64,000 nucleotides of DNA from Octopus sinensis (taxonomy: Eukaryota). This document shows, one piece after another, positions 1-13,600 of the stretch (position 1 is the stretch's first letter; each line of letters begins with the position of its first letter). The notes beneath the pieces are model-generated. The model was not told the origin of the DNA. It worked only from the letters and a program-made list of their open reading frames with translations, and did no database searches. The stretch spans positions 97,402,001 to 97,466,000 of the forward strand of contig NC_043001.1 of the NCBI RefSeq assembly GCF_006345805.1, given 5' to 3'. A program made the translations under genes and the position numbers.

Positions 1-546
1 AATACTCCCGAATAATTTCTATTCGCTAGGCAAGTAAATGATATCGTTTTCAAACTACAACATTTTTTAAAAAATTCTTTATTAACAGAATTTATTTTCG
101 TTTTTAACTTAAAATTGCCTCTCGGGATATTGATCGTGGCATTACTGTCATCCTTCTCAAACATACATAATACTTTCAAGTTGAATATGGTATCATCTTT
201 CCCTAGGTAAAATACACAGAGCCACTAACCATAGTTTCCTGTAGTCTGGCTCATCTCGAACGAAACTTTTTAACATCGATTTCTTCCGAAATATTTCTGA
301 AACTACATTAAATCCTTGAACAATATGAATTTCTGCAAGCCTTTTTCCGAAGTGTTTTTAGCAAATATTATTATAAATTTTTTGCTAGCGTCACAACATT
401 TTATCTGCTCTTACACAAACAGAAACACTGATGTATTGAGGTTAATGGAATCACTAGACAAAACACCTATACTAAAACGGAATGGAACACTTAAATGTGC
501 GCACTTCAGAATTATACTCAACTCGCTTTTACAAACATTCATAACG

Positions 547-1785
<1,239 letters not shown>

Positions 1786-2429
1786 AAAGATACGTACACA
1801 AAAACACACCTATATCCATATATATATTTATATTATGTGTTTGTATGGTTCTATTCTTAGTGAAATGAATTAGATGGAAAAAGTATATGTTATTGCACTC
1901 GATACGAGAACTAAAATTCTATCTTATAATATTCCTTCTTACGTAAATGAAGTGACTGAAATTGAATAAGGAAGTGTATACAGAAATATACTGTCCGTAG
2001 CATAAGCATTTAAAGTAGCTCGATAAAAAAAATTTTTTAAAAACCTCATTATGGTATTCAGAACTGTATATCATCAATTTTTTTTTAAATATAGAATATA
2101 ATGTATAGGTGTGGAGGGTTGGAAACTAAAACCGAAATATATTTTGATGCAGAGAATAGTAGAAGACCGAAATTCGGAAAAGGTTAATGTATCTTCTTGA
2201 AAATAAAACAAAAAACTATAATAAAAATATTACTTTGCATTCTACATTTCTTGTTCAGCAATTCCGTAATTGTAGATCGAAAATGGGGATTGAAGGACTC
2301 AATGAAATGTCGCTAACCACTACTTTGTGTAGTTTAATGCAGCGTAGCTGGATACCAGTGTCTGTTTATGAGTTTTCCGAAATCATATTGTTACTTTTGT
2401 GCAAATAAATGATTGAAAATAGAATGCAG

Positions 2430-2720
2430 TGAATGTAACAGTTAGCTGCTATAACAACGTTAAAAGGAGGAAGGGTATTGCCTGAAGCTCCTGCAGAGGT
2501 GTTCGAGATAGCTGGAGATAAGAAGGAGCAAGCTGATCTTGAAAATGACATCTTAGTGTTTACAACAAAGAGTAGCTCGCGATAGTTGTCGAAGCTCAAA
2601 GGTGAGAGCTAGAAACTGGTCACCTGATCACATGCTGCAATGTGAAGATTTGAACTCATATTACAAAAGAGCTGGAACAAAACTCTTGCACCATGGTAAC
2701 AGTTTTATCAGTTCACCAGC
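2430..2720 (+). mobile_element. Highly decayed LINE reverse transcriptase fragment (RTE-like)
   Basis: Manual translation LAAITTLKGGRVLPEAPAEVFEIAG resembles the RT N-terminal motif AI..LK.GKA.G.D.IPAE.FK..G; stops follow. Confidence 0.4.
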
Positions 2721-2749
2721 CTTCGTTAGTGTTATATCTATCAACTCCT

Positions 2750-3359
2750 AGGCGGCGAGCTCGCAGAAACATTAACACGTCGGGCGAAATGCGTAGCCGT
2801 ATTTCGTCTGATGTTACGTTCTGAGTTCAAATTCCGCCGAGGTCGACTTTGCCTTTCATCCTTTCGGGGTCGATTAAATAAGTACCTGTTACGCACTGAA
2901 GCCGATATAATCGACTTAATCCGTTTGTCTGTCATTGTTTGACTCTTCTGTGTTTAGTCCCTTGTGGGTAGTAAAGAAATAGGTATTTCAAATTCGGCCG
3001 AGGTCGACTTTGCCTTTCATCCTTTCCAGGTCGATTAAATAAGTGCCAGTTACGCACTTGGGTCGATATAATTGACTTAATCCGTTTGTCTGTCCTTGTT
3101 TGCCACCTCTGTGTTTAGCCCCTTGTGGATAGTAAAGAAGAGAGAAACGTTAGCACGACGGGCGAAATGCGTAGCCGTATTTCGTCTGATGTTACGTTCT
3201 GAGTTCAAATTCCACCGAGGTCAACTTTGCCTTTCATCCTTTCGGGGTCGGTAAATAAAGTACCAGTTCCGCACTGGGGTCGATATAATCGACTTAATCC
3301 CTTTGTCTGTCCTTGTTTATCCCCTCTATGTTTAGCCCCTTGTGGGTAGTAAAGAAATA
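2750..3359 (+). mobile_element. tRNA-derived SINE family A, three-unit array
   Basis: Head GGCGGCGAGCT.GCAGAAAC (A-box-like), GAGTTCAAATTCC (B-box-like), repeated body GCCTTTCATCCTTTCGGGGTCGAT; ~17-bp imperfect TSD TATATCT(A/G)TCAAC(T/C)CCT at 2733-2749 and 3360-3376. Confidence 0.85.
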
Positions 3360-3699
3360 TATATCTGTCAACCCCTGAACGAGGTAATTCAAAAATATCT
3401 TATGAAGGGAAGAATATCAATAAATGAGAATGTGTAGTGTGGTTTCCTTGATGAACCAATGCAGCACTTGTTTTTCAGATCTTCGCACTAATTTCATTCA
3501 GATGTTATCCTCTTCATTTAATTTGTAGTAAACGTCAGTTGCAATTTGAATGATTTGTTTACACCTGTATATCTCACACATGCAAGCACACATAAAAATC
3601 GTGCAAGATGTGTAGCCTTTACGTGATCAGAAGGAATGGCATAAATAGAAGACAATTTCGATAATATCACACAATGTTTTATTAAAAAAGGCTCGGCTA

Positions 3700-4092
3700 T
3701 TTTCACTTTGACCGGCAGATATTTTAAATAATTTCTTGTATCTAAACATTTTAAAACTTCATATACTGGTAGAATGTGTTACATAAAACATCTTTTTATT
3801 TGGCTTTCTTGAGAAAATTCTGTAGTGTGTAAGGTATTTTTTGTTAAATTTCTTGCATTTCGTCAATTTCAACCAATCAACGACGTCTATTGAGATGAAT
3901 ACAATTTCTGTGGTTGTTTGTCAAAACGGTGTCATATCAGTTTGTCACTGTTATTTATGACAAAATACAAAATTTTCTCAAGAAAGTCAAGAGAAAAAGA
4001 TGTTTTATGTAACACATCCTGCCAGTATACGAAGTTTAAAAGTGTTTAGTTACAAAGAAATTATTTTAAAAGTCTGCCGCTCAAAGTGAAAA
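3700..4092. mobile_element. MITE / foldback element with ~120-bp terminal inverted repeats
   Basis: TTTTCACTTTGACCGGCAGA...TTCTTGAGAAAATT (3700-~3819) is the reverse complement of AATTTTCTCAAGAA...CTGCCGCTCAAAGTGAAAA (~3971-4092); no coding capacity. Confidence 0.8.
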
Positions 4093-4768
4093 CATCTAGA
4101 GGCTCTCATTAAGGAATGCATTTTCAGAATAACATTACCTGATAAAATAAGGTAATGTTCGCGACTTGAATGGATCTGGAGCTAAACAATAAAAACCACA
4201 TTGAAATATAGAAATATCAATACAGGTTGTAGACATAAATCTCATGTTCAGAATCATGTGTAGAATACAGCGTAAAGTTATTGCTGTAGCAACACCCTAT
4301 ATAGGTATAATGTTGTAGCTTACAAACTTTATGGCAACTCGATTTAATATTTAAATATATAAATATTCAATTTTTTTTTTACAAAATTGCTCTATATTTG
4401 CAGTGATATGTTGTTTGAAAGTTGCTATTACAAAATGATTCCATTGCTAATAGAATTTTAATTTTTCTTCACTCTGATTAGAATTATCGTGTTAGCAACT
4501 AATAATTTCCTACCTGGGTTTGTGTCGTAGAATCTATTTTAAAGTAAAATTATGCTTCCGTGTTCTAATAGAAACGTTTTCTATTGTTTTCATGCTTGCA
4601 ACTTCGTGCTTATATAGAGATTATAACTGGTGGTTGTTGTAATATTTTAAAAAAATATAAGTCGATATTATACAGATTCCCCGTTGCAATATTGACTCAA
4701 AAGAACTCATTTACTGAACTGAAACGTAAACTTCACCACGCATATTACCCTACACTATTTGCATGAAG

Positions 4769-5055
4769 GAGGCGCAATGGCCCAGTGGTTAGGGTAGCGG
4801 GCGCGCCGTCGGAGGATCGCGGTTTCGATTCCTAGACCGGGCGTTGTGTGTGTTTATTGAGCTAAAACACCGACAGGGGAGGTGACCACTGTTGTACTCT
4901 TTCGCCACAACTTTCTCTCACTCTCTCTTCCTGTTTCTTAAGTAACGTTGCGATGGACTGGCGTCCCGTCCAGCTGGGGGGTACACATACACCACAGAAA
5001 CCGGGAAACCGGTCCCATGAGTCTGGCTAGGCTTCAAAAGAATGACGTTTATCGT
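4769..5055 (+). mobile_element. tRNA-derived SINE family C
   Basis: A box TGGCCCAGTGG, B box GTTTCGATTCC; perfect 13-bp TSD TATTTGCATGAAG at 4756-4768 and 5056-5068; related copy at 61909-62190. Confidence 0.88.
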
Positions 5056-5337
5056 TATTTGCATGAAGATGAAAGCTATTGTGTAGTCTCTCTAAATTCA
5101 TATCTTTCCGGATGCGGTTCACTATATCGTGTGATCACATAAACAGCACTTATCAACGAATACTCTGCTTTCGATGATTGAGACGAAATGTTGTTACTGA
5201 TTTATGCAGCTCACAAATCTAAACATGCTCTGTTACAATAATGTAAGATGTAAAACCAGAACAATTGATTGAGATTTTCCACGATATAACAGATTCGCTC
5301 TAAACTGCATTTTTCACGAATAATAAAATTAATAGTG

Positions 5338-5798
5338 TGGTTGTATACTGTCAACTTAACATGACAGTCCCGTAAAGGGAATCACATTACCGCTATTTAG
5401 TCCTAGGAAGCATCGACGCTTCCTGTCGGCTTTGACACATTTCCTGTGTCCTTATATTTGCCAAGGGGAGACAAGCACCCCCACTAGCTAGGGCCTGCAC
5501 CTAGAGACATGCATATTTCTGAGTCTTGCTCGTCATCAGTCTAGAGTAGTAAGGCCTGCTAGTTGAGATGATTGCCAAGCCTCCGCAAATATATATATTT
5601 TCAGTGAAATCTATTCACTGATCACCAAAATTATAAATTTTAAATTTCTAAATATCTCATGAGATATGAGCGTCGAGGCTTCCTAGGGCTAAATAGCGGT
5701 GGTGTGATTCCCTTTACGGGACTGTCACGTTACGGTGACAGCATACAACCACTCAATCGCTTCACTAACGCTCATATCTCTATGAAATATTTAGAAAT
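5338..5798 (-). mobile_element. Penelope-like pseudo-LTR remnant with inverted duplications
   Basis: ~5338-5419 is inverted relative to ~5670-5751, and ~5645-5672 relative to ~5768-5798; encloses a hammerhead motif. Confidence 0.7.
5483..5563 (-). ncRNA. Type I hammerhead ribozyme
   Basis: Minus strand reads CUAGA-CUGAUGA-cGAGcaagaCUCa-GAAA-UAUGCAUG-UC-UCUAG: full core, 5-bp stem I with extension, palindromic minimal stem III, GUC site; stem II closing pair is a C.A mismatch. Confidence 0.75.
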
Positions 5799-6049
5799 GT
5801 AATATTTCTAAAATTAATACTGCCGTAAATATAAACGACTGAACTAGTCATGGATAATCTATGATCGCCGTGATACAATGACTGTAAATGAAACTAGTAA
5901 ATAAGAATAATAATTTTCAAAATCCATGTGCAAATCACAGTTTGTCTTTCACCTCCAACGCCTGTCTAATATACACAACGAACTAAACAAGTAGACATGT
6001 TCCACGTATATTTTAAATAGAAGCTTTCACACAAACAATAAAATATATT

Positions 6050-6643
6050 CTCTCCTACTCTAGGCACAAGGCCCGAAATTTTGGTGGACGGGGCCATTCC
6101 ATTAGATCGACCGCACTACGCAACTGGTACGTAATTTATCGACACCAAAAGGATGAAAATTAAAGTCGACCTCGCCGGAATTTGCACTCAGAACGTAAAG
6201 ACATACGAAATACCGGAGTGCTAACGTCCCTTATTTCTTTATTGCCCACAAGGGGCTAAACACAGAGGACACAAACAAGTACAGACAAAGGGATTAAGTC
6301 GATTACATTGACCCCAGTGCGTAACTGGTACTTAATTTATCGACCCCGAAATGATGAAAGGCAGTCGATCTCGGCGGAATTTGAACTCAGAACGTAACAG
6401 CAGACGAAATACCTACTTCTTTACTACCCACAAGGGGCTAAACACAGAGGACAAACAAGGACAGACAAACGGATTAAGTCGATTATATCGAGCCCAGTGC
6501 GTAACTGGTACTTATTTAATCGACCCCGAAAGGATGAAAGGCAAAGTCGACCCCGGCGGAATTTGAACTCAGAACGTAACGACAGACGAAATACCGCTAA
6601 GAACTTCTCCGAGCGTGCTAACGATTCTGCCAGCTCGCCACCT
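6050..6643 (-). mobile_element. SINE family A, three-unit array
   Basis: Reverse complement of the 2750 family; head near 6643, two body+tail-1 units, last unit with an alternative tail (AAATTTCGGGCCTTGTGCCTAGAGTAG). Confidence 0.85.
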
Positions 6644-7589
6644 TAAACGATAACATATATTCTTATGCTTTCTGTTACGTATGAGTTTTCTTATATTTCT
6701 GGGTTCGAATTACAACGGTGTTAATTTTGCAGTTTAAAAATCATACAGAGAATCTATAATTCGCTGCAGCATATATCTACCTCTCTACTTTAAAAGTTGT
6801 CATAAGTAATCCAAATAACATATATTTTCCAAATCATATCCGGAACAAAGTAATCTCCATTAACGGATACGCAGACAAAATTATTCATGAAAAATTTATA
6901 AATGAGAATACTTTTATGTAAAACATAATTAATTGTGTTCTTTCCGTATTTCTTAAAAAAGTAAAACATTTTGTTTGATTTTGTTTTGAAGTTTTATTTC
7001 CTACATGTAATTGAATCATATTTCTACATCCGACTGCATAAGAAATTAGGCCACAATATATTCTTAGCGACAACTCAATCGTGTATAATGGACAGCTGAT
7101 TTAAATTTAAGAAGAATAGATTGTGTGAGAGGCTAATCTTCGGCGCAACGTTTTGGCAGAAATACAGTATATTGGTGCCAAGACAGAAAATTAATATGGT
7201 AGTACAGTAAAAGTGAAAATTAGGCAATCATATACAGACAAGAAAACATGTACACTAACATATATTTTCTTTTCTCATTTCTCTCTCTCCACATATGTAT
7301 GTATGTATGCATTGACTGTGCACTGTTTCATGTGATATGTACACGCACAAGTGGAACTGTTCATGCCTGCTATTTCGCATGTGACTATACTTGCAAACAG
7401 ACATGTATTTACACAGATGTGAATAAATATGTATATATGCGAGTGTGTGACCATTTATTACATACACATATAGTGTGTGTGTGTGTGCGTATGGTGTGAT
7501 ACAATCACAAATATACACTAACAGAGAGACTGAGATGCTTTTATATTTCCCTGAGTGTCATAAGCGGACTTATGTGCTATAATAATTAC

Positions 7590-8369
7590 TTCGGCTATGG
7601 GCATAAAACCTGGAATTTTGGGGTAGGATGCCTGTCGAATACATCGACCACAGTTCTCTACTTGTCCTTATCTTGGTCTACACTGAGAGGATGATAGTCA
7701 AATTCGACCTCGGTAGTATTGGTAATCAGAACGTAAAGACGGTCAGAATTCAACTAAGGATTTTGCCTGGCGTGCGAGCGATTCTATAGTCTAGTAACAC
7801 ATATCTAATTCTTTATCGCCCACAGAGGGGACAATCAAGGACAGACAAAGAGATTAAGCTGATTACATCGACCCCAGTGAATAACTGATACTTATTTAAT
7901 CGGCCCCGAATGACGGAAGGCAAATTCGACCTCGGCGGTATTTGAACTCAGAACGTAATGACAGTCGAAATACCTATTTCTTTACTACCCACAACGGACT
8001 AAACACAGAGAGGACAAACAAGGACAGACAAACGGATTAAGTCGATTATATTCACCCCAGTGAGTAAATGATACTTATTTAATCGACCCCGAAAGGATGA
8101 AAGGCAAAGTCGAACTCGGCGGAATTTGAACTCAGAACGTAGCGGCTGGCGAAATACCTATTTCTTTACTACCCACAAGGGGCTAAACACCGTGGGGACA
8201 AACAAGGACAGACAAACGGATTAAGTCGATTACATCGACTCAGTTCGTAACTGGTACATAATTTTCGACACCGAAATGATGAAAGAAATTGAACTCAGAA
8301 CGTAGCGATGGGCGAAACATCGCTAAGCATTTCATCCAGCGCGCTAACGATTCTGCCAGCTCGCCGCCT
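7590..8369 (-). mobile_element. SINE family A array (7805-8369) inserted at the head of an older family A copy (7590-7781)
   Basis: Three tandem bodies; imperfect TSD TTCTATAGTCTA(G/A)TAA at ~7782 and ~8370. Confidence 0.82.
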
Positions 8370-9414
8370 TTCTATAGTCTAATAATATATATTGAAATAG
8401 AAGATTTTTGAACATGTAAATTATTAATCTCCAGACATTAAAAATTATTTTTTCACAAATTCGGAAAACATTTAACTAGGTTCTGGGCATAGAAAATATA
8501 TATAATTCAGAACATTAAGAATCTTACTCCATACAACATTATAAGTGATTGGTATGTATGATGTGTATGCATACATTTTAGTACTTACGTCGGTTTGCTG
8601 TGGTTAATCAAGTCATTATGTATGAGCATCTGTATGAATTGAATCTCGTGTACTTTCATTTAATGTGTTTTTTCGGTTGGCTGGGAAATTCGTGAAAAGA
8701 AAATGCATGCTTTCATGTACCAGTTTAATCATTTGTACATTTACGCAACATAAGTTAAATATATGGAATGGATATATATACTCACACACAGACACATATA
8801 TGTATATATATACAGTTCTAATATGTATGTATGTGTGTTCTTTGTTGTGTATGTGTGCTTCTGGAAGAAAACAAATTCTTTGCAGGAAACGGACATTTTT
8901 GCGTCTTTTTGAATCGGTAAACTGCAAAAATTTATTAGCAGCATATAAATATTTATAGTAATTTATCTGAAAAACTTCCTATATAACGAATTTAATCGTG
9001 GCACACATCATTTAGAGTTGAAGAATCTGATTTAAAGTAATTTTGTGCATTTTTATTCACGGAATAAATATATTTTTTTCTCTCTCCAACATATTATTCC
9101 AAGGGAAAATTATATCTATCCATCCATATATGAGACTGCGGATTGTACAATATCCCATGCATTAGTCAGCAAATCATAATATGTTATGTCCCCTGTCATA
9201 CTGAGTTCAAATGGGAAAACTATTTCCCCTATACTATTACTTATCTTTTTTGGTGGAGGAGGGTAAATATTTACACCCCAAATATTAGATTCGTCTTAAT
9301 TCATTGACTTTATTAACGCTGCGTCGAAGGATGGCCATCAGCCAGTGAAAAATGTAGCATGAAGAAGTAATCGAAAAAGAACGAGAAAAAATTTCAATTG
9401 AACAGTCGGGTAAA

Positions 9415-9700
9415 GACACCCTTCGTTCAGAAATGGCCATGCGATTGTACGTATAAAGTTACTCTCCGAGGCACAAGGACCAGCCGTCACCCAAGCATAC
9501 TAGTCTCCTCTCTCCATGCCATCGATGTTATCCAAGGGGAAGGCAATGGCTGATACAATTTGGGGCCAGTGCCGTCGCAACTCAATACTATAGCTGAATG
9601 AACTGGAGTAACGTGAAATAAAGTGTCTTGCTCAAGAAAACAACACACTATCTGGTCTAGGAATCGAACTCACTACCACATGATGAGAACCCGACGCTCT
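9415..9700 (-). mobile_element. tRNA-derived SINE family D, decayed
   Basis: Shares TTATCCAAGGG.AAGGCAA and AAATAAAGTGTCTTGCTCAAGAA with the 18048-18384 copy. Confidence 0.7.
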
Positions 9701-10329
9701 CCCTCGGATAATTTTTCAAACTCATATTTTGAGTTATTTCAATCTGTGTAATATGGTAGCATGTCTGCTTTAGCTTTCCCCGAATAATGTCATGGAAGAA
9801 ATACCAGAAATATGTTTGAGAAAATAAGTTACTGGATAGACGTCATTTCGGACAAGTTTCTATAACGGACAAAAGGGATTTTGTGCACGTTTCCATAACA
9901 CTAGGGTTGTGTCTAATGTTATTCGACATCATTGAATTAACATTTAATGATGACGTATACCGCATGCTATGCACGAATCAGGAAATGTAATACTTTGTCT
10001 ACTTGCAGTGATAAAATGAAATTAAAATACACTTCAAGATGTATAATACTGACATCCATATTGTTAAGCGCTCATTTACAATGTAATACATCTCTCTGAT
10101 AAGAAATTTTTAATTTATCAAACTCTATTCTACCTGTACGCTTGACACATATTTGCATATTGTATAGCTCTAAGATACATATTCAGATTAATATTTAAAA
10201 ACTTGCTATATTCTTTCAAGTCTCGGGATAACATTTGATTTAATAGAAAAGAATTCAAAATGTAAAAGAAACGCTTAAACAAGCCTAGGTGACTGGCTGA
10301 TCATTCTTTGTGAAAACTGTTGGTTTTCG

Positions 10330-10520
10330 ATTTTGGCATTAGGTCAGTCATTTCGGAGAAGGGGTTAGGTTGATATCGAATCCAGCGCAAAAGTCGTATA
10401 TATATGTATATATCCTAAAATGCAAAGTCGATTTCAGCGTAATTTAAACTCGCAAACTAACGAATGACAAAATGCCGCTAAGCATTTATCTGGCGTGCTA
10501 ACTTGTCTCCCTCCTCACCT
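10330..10520 (-). mobile_element. Old SINE family A copy
   Basis: Degenerate GCAAAGTCGA..TCAGCGTAATTTAAACTC and CCGCTAAGCATTT..GGCGTGCTAAC. Confidence 0.6.
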
Positions 10521-10571
10521 TCTTTCATAAAGAATATATTGCACATACAGCACTGTTACTATTCATACTCT

Positions 10572-10976
10572 CTCTTTTACTATTTTACTTGTTTCAGTCA
10601 TTTGACTGCGGCCAGGCTAGAGCACCGCCTTTAGTCGAGCAAATCGACCCCAGGACTTATTCATTGTAAGCCTAGTACTTATTCTATCGGGCTCCTTTTA
10701 CCGAACCGCTTATTTTTGGGGCCGTAAACACATCAGTATCGGTTGCCAAGCGATGTTGAGGGGGGGGGGACAAACACAGACACGCAAACATATACACACA
10801 CATACATATATACGACGGGCTTCTTTCAGTTTCCGTCTACCAAATCCACTCACTAGGCTTTGGTCGGCCCGAGGCTATAGTAGAAGGCACTTGCCCACGG
10901 TGCCACGCAGTGGGACTGAACCTGGAACCATGTGGCTCTTAAGCAAGCAACTTACCACACATCCACTCCTACGCCT
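10572..10976 (-). mobile_element. SINE family B (CORE-like, internal CA/TA microsatellite, LINE-derived 3' tail)
   Basis: tRNA-like head GGCGTAGGAGTGG..GTGTGGTAAG...GGTTCAGTCCC, CORE-like segment GGGCAAGTG, 3' GGCGGTGCT...CAGTCAAATGACTGAAAC(AAGTAAAAG)n; about nine copies in the window. Confidence 0.88.
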
Positions 10977-12114
10977 ATTTGTATAAATATAAATTTTATA
11001 AATTAGAGGGAACAATATAAATCTGTTTTCTACCGAGATGAGATCCAACCAGGAGGAAGAGCGATTTAAGTGCTAAACATGAATGGATCGGAAATCAAGC
11101 TTTCCGTTCCATAATTTTGATCCACTCCTCTGCATGAAAAATAGTATCGTTACAAACAGCAGAATGGTTTTCAAGACCATTACCTTATAAAACGAAGCAA
11201 CGAATATTTTTGAATAACTCGACAGCTTTTAGTGTTAATCCAACCGGACAAAGATCTCCGTTTAAAAGTAAACCAAATAAATTAGTTTGTCATGGTAAGT
11301 AATTCGTAGCGTAAAAGCATTTAGCAATCAATAACTATAATCCCAGCAAGTTTCGAACTATAACACGGCATAAAATATATCGGTTCCAAAGTAAAAGACA
11401 TCTTTAAGGGATATAAACTGAACAATGTTTTAAGAATAGGCCTTCAAATACATGTCTGCGAGTACGTGCCTGGATTTATGTAACTGTATATGTGTATGTG
11501 TGCATCGCGTTTTTTTAGCCTGCATCATCCTTTATAGTTTACGCTTCCTAGAAATATTGTTTATGTTACCAATATAAAAGAAATTACAAATCGTAATGTA
11601 ATTTAAAGTGCGTGCACTTGCAACAGTATAAATAGGGAAGATTTTGTACATTGGATATATATTGTGAGTGAATGGAGCAAGGTTAGAATATGAATAAGAA
11701 AGTAATTCTCTGAATATAGGTTTGTGAAATGAGCTTACGAAGAATCATATTAATAAATGATTCGAGAGAATATTCGCTTGCATGCTATTTCAATTCTCAT
11801 TTCAAAGTCAATATGATATTAAAAAGCGATGGTAGTTTCGCAGCGGTGAAATCAAATACTCTACACAATGGCTTTCGACATTCCATATATTTTGTCGTGA
11901 TCATATATATTGTATAATCTTTAAACATGCACAATGATTTAGCATATGGAATACGTTGAGCTATTGTTTCCGGTTGAATGTTTACCTTATTGAAATCCTC
12001 CAATATTTACTGGAAAGCTGAATCTTAAATGCTCCATAAAGATTTTCCGTTTGAATCATTGAAAGGTCTTTAGATTTCAATCGAAGGTTAACAGTTAATG
12101 TGCAGCTTCGAAAG

Positions 12115-12153
<39 letters not shown>

Positions 12154-12188
12154 TGTGTGTAAATGCATACCTACATATGTATGTATGC

Positions 12189-12232
<44 letters not shown>

Positions 12233-13101
12233 TTTCTTGGCGAGAAATACGTTTAGAAAAAGTAAACAGAAAAATGTGAAGCATAAAATCATCCCCCAGA
12301 TATACTGGAGTTAAGTAAAAACCAACGCTTTAAACAGTGCTATGGTCTATCTGATAGAAATCTTCAAAAGGAAATATTTTCCGGAAATTTCATTTTTTTA
12401 TACGATTAGAAACTACTTTCAGTTCTTAGTTGCTGCAATAAGGAAAATAGAAAAGAGAAGATAAAATGTACATAGTGAAACAAATCAGCCTACATACAAA
12501 CAAACACAATCTGCTTCGATTTCACCTCTTTTTGAATCTCGATAATTTTGATGAATGTAAGGAAAAAATCGAAAGTATATATGCAACTAAATATAATGCG
12601 CAAATCAAACATACCGTTTAAATTTAATCTTGATATAGGAATGATGGTTGCTGCAGTTGGCAGTCTTTTATGTTGTCAGTGATTAACGCTTTTTTGCATT
12701 TGGTTTCACTATGAAAATACTTTTATTCTACAGCTTCTCATTGTATGTCTTTTCTTTTCCTCTTTTCCACAGATTTTGTTTGAAAATGGTGTGCAGCTAT
12801 TAATGGTGTTACATCTGGTATCAACTGATATTCAAATTTAAAGTACTTTCTTATCAGATGTTTCTTATTAAATGTCTTTCTATCGCTTTTGAAGTATACT
12901 TGCCAATACGCCAATATATTTTTGCATAAATAAAAGCACATGCATTCGCACAAACACATACAGAGGGACACATGTATACACTATATATAAATATATTTGC
13001 ATGTATATATATTTGTATATATATATAAATATATATATACATATATATATATATACACATACATACACATATCCAAATACATATATATATTTATATATTA
13101 G

Positions 13102-13133
<32 letters not shown>

Positions 13134-13134
13134 A

Positions 13135-13600
13135 GGAGAGTGCAAAGGAAGCTTGATAGCTAGATATTTTGCGTTCATCTTATACTTTTCTATTCCTTTC
13201 CTTCTGTGTCTTTGTCTTTATATATGTGCTTCTGTGCGGGTGTTGGGAGTACCGGCATACGAGTGTGTAAGTATGGTTAGGCAGTTATAGAATCGCTAAA
13301 TGTACGCGTGAAGATGATTAAATATTCATATCTTACATTTCGCTTTGGTTTAATGGGTAAGATATAATTTGATCATCGATGTTTCTCCTTTCTTTAGCGT
13401 AAGTGATTTGGCTTTTACCAAGCCTGGAGGCATCTCCGTTCTTTGTATGTCAAATGTGTGCGATCATTCTTCCTATAACTGGGGAGATCAGCTTCAGTGC
13501 GATATAGAAATTATTGTTGGAACTAGATACGTGCATTGTGGTGTTAGTCTGGTAAAATATTTGACATATATAACGTGTTAAGTCTAAGAACATATGTTAT
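13135..13600 (-). mobile_element. Decayed Penelope-like 3' end (GIY-YIG endonuclease remnant)
   Basis: Minus-strand fragments QTNTTMH and ETSMIKLYLPIKPKRN resemble GIY-YIG motifs YIGQT and E...I..L.T..P.G.N; abuts (TA)n; degenerate hammerhead-like palindrome near 13155-13180. Confidence 0.4.

Noticed and set aside
2750-3359. SINE A arrays as a CRISPR array
   Set aside because: Units are ~185 bp with no unique spacers; eukaryotic context, Pol III boxes, TSDs and no cas genes.
4769-4840. tRNA genes at the heads of SINEs (also ~18310-18384 and ~62115-62190)
   Set aside because: A and B boxes are present but acceptor stems do not close, and each continues into a SINE body; two are bounded by clear TSDs.
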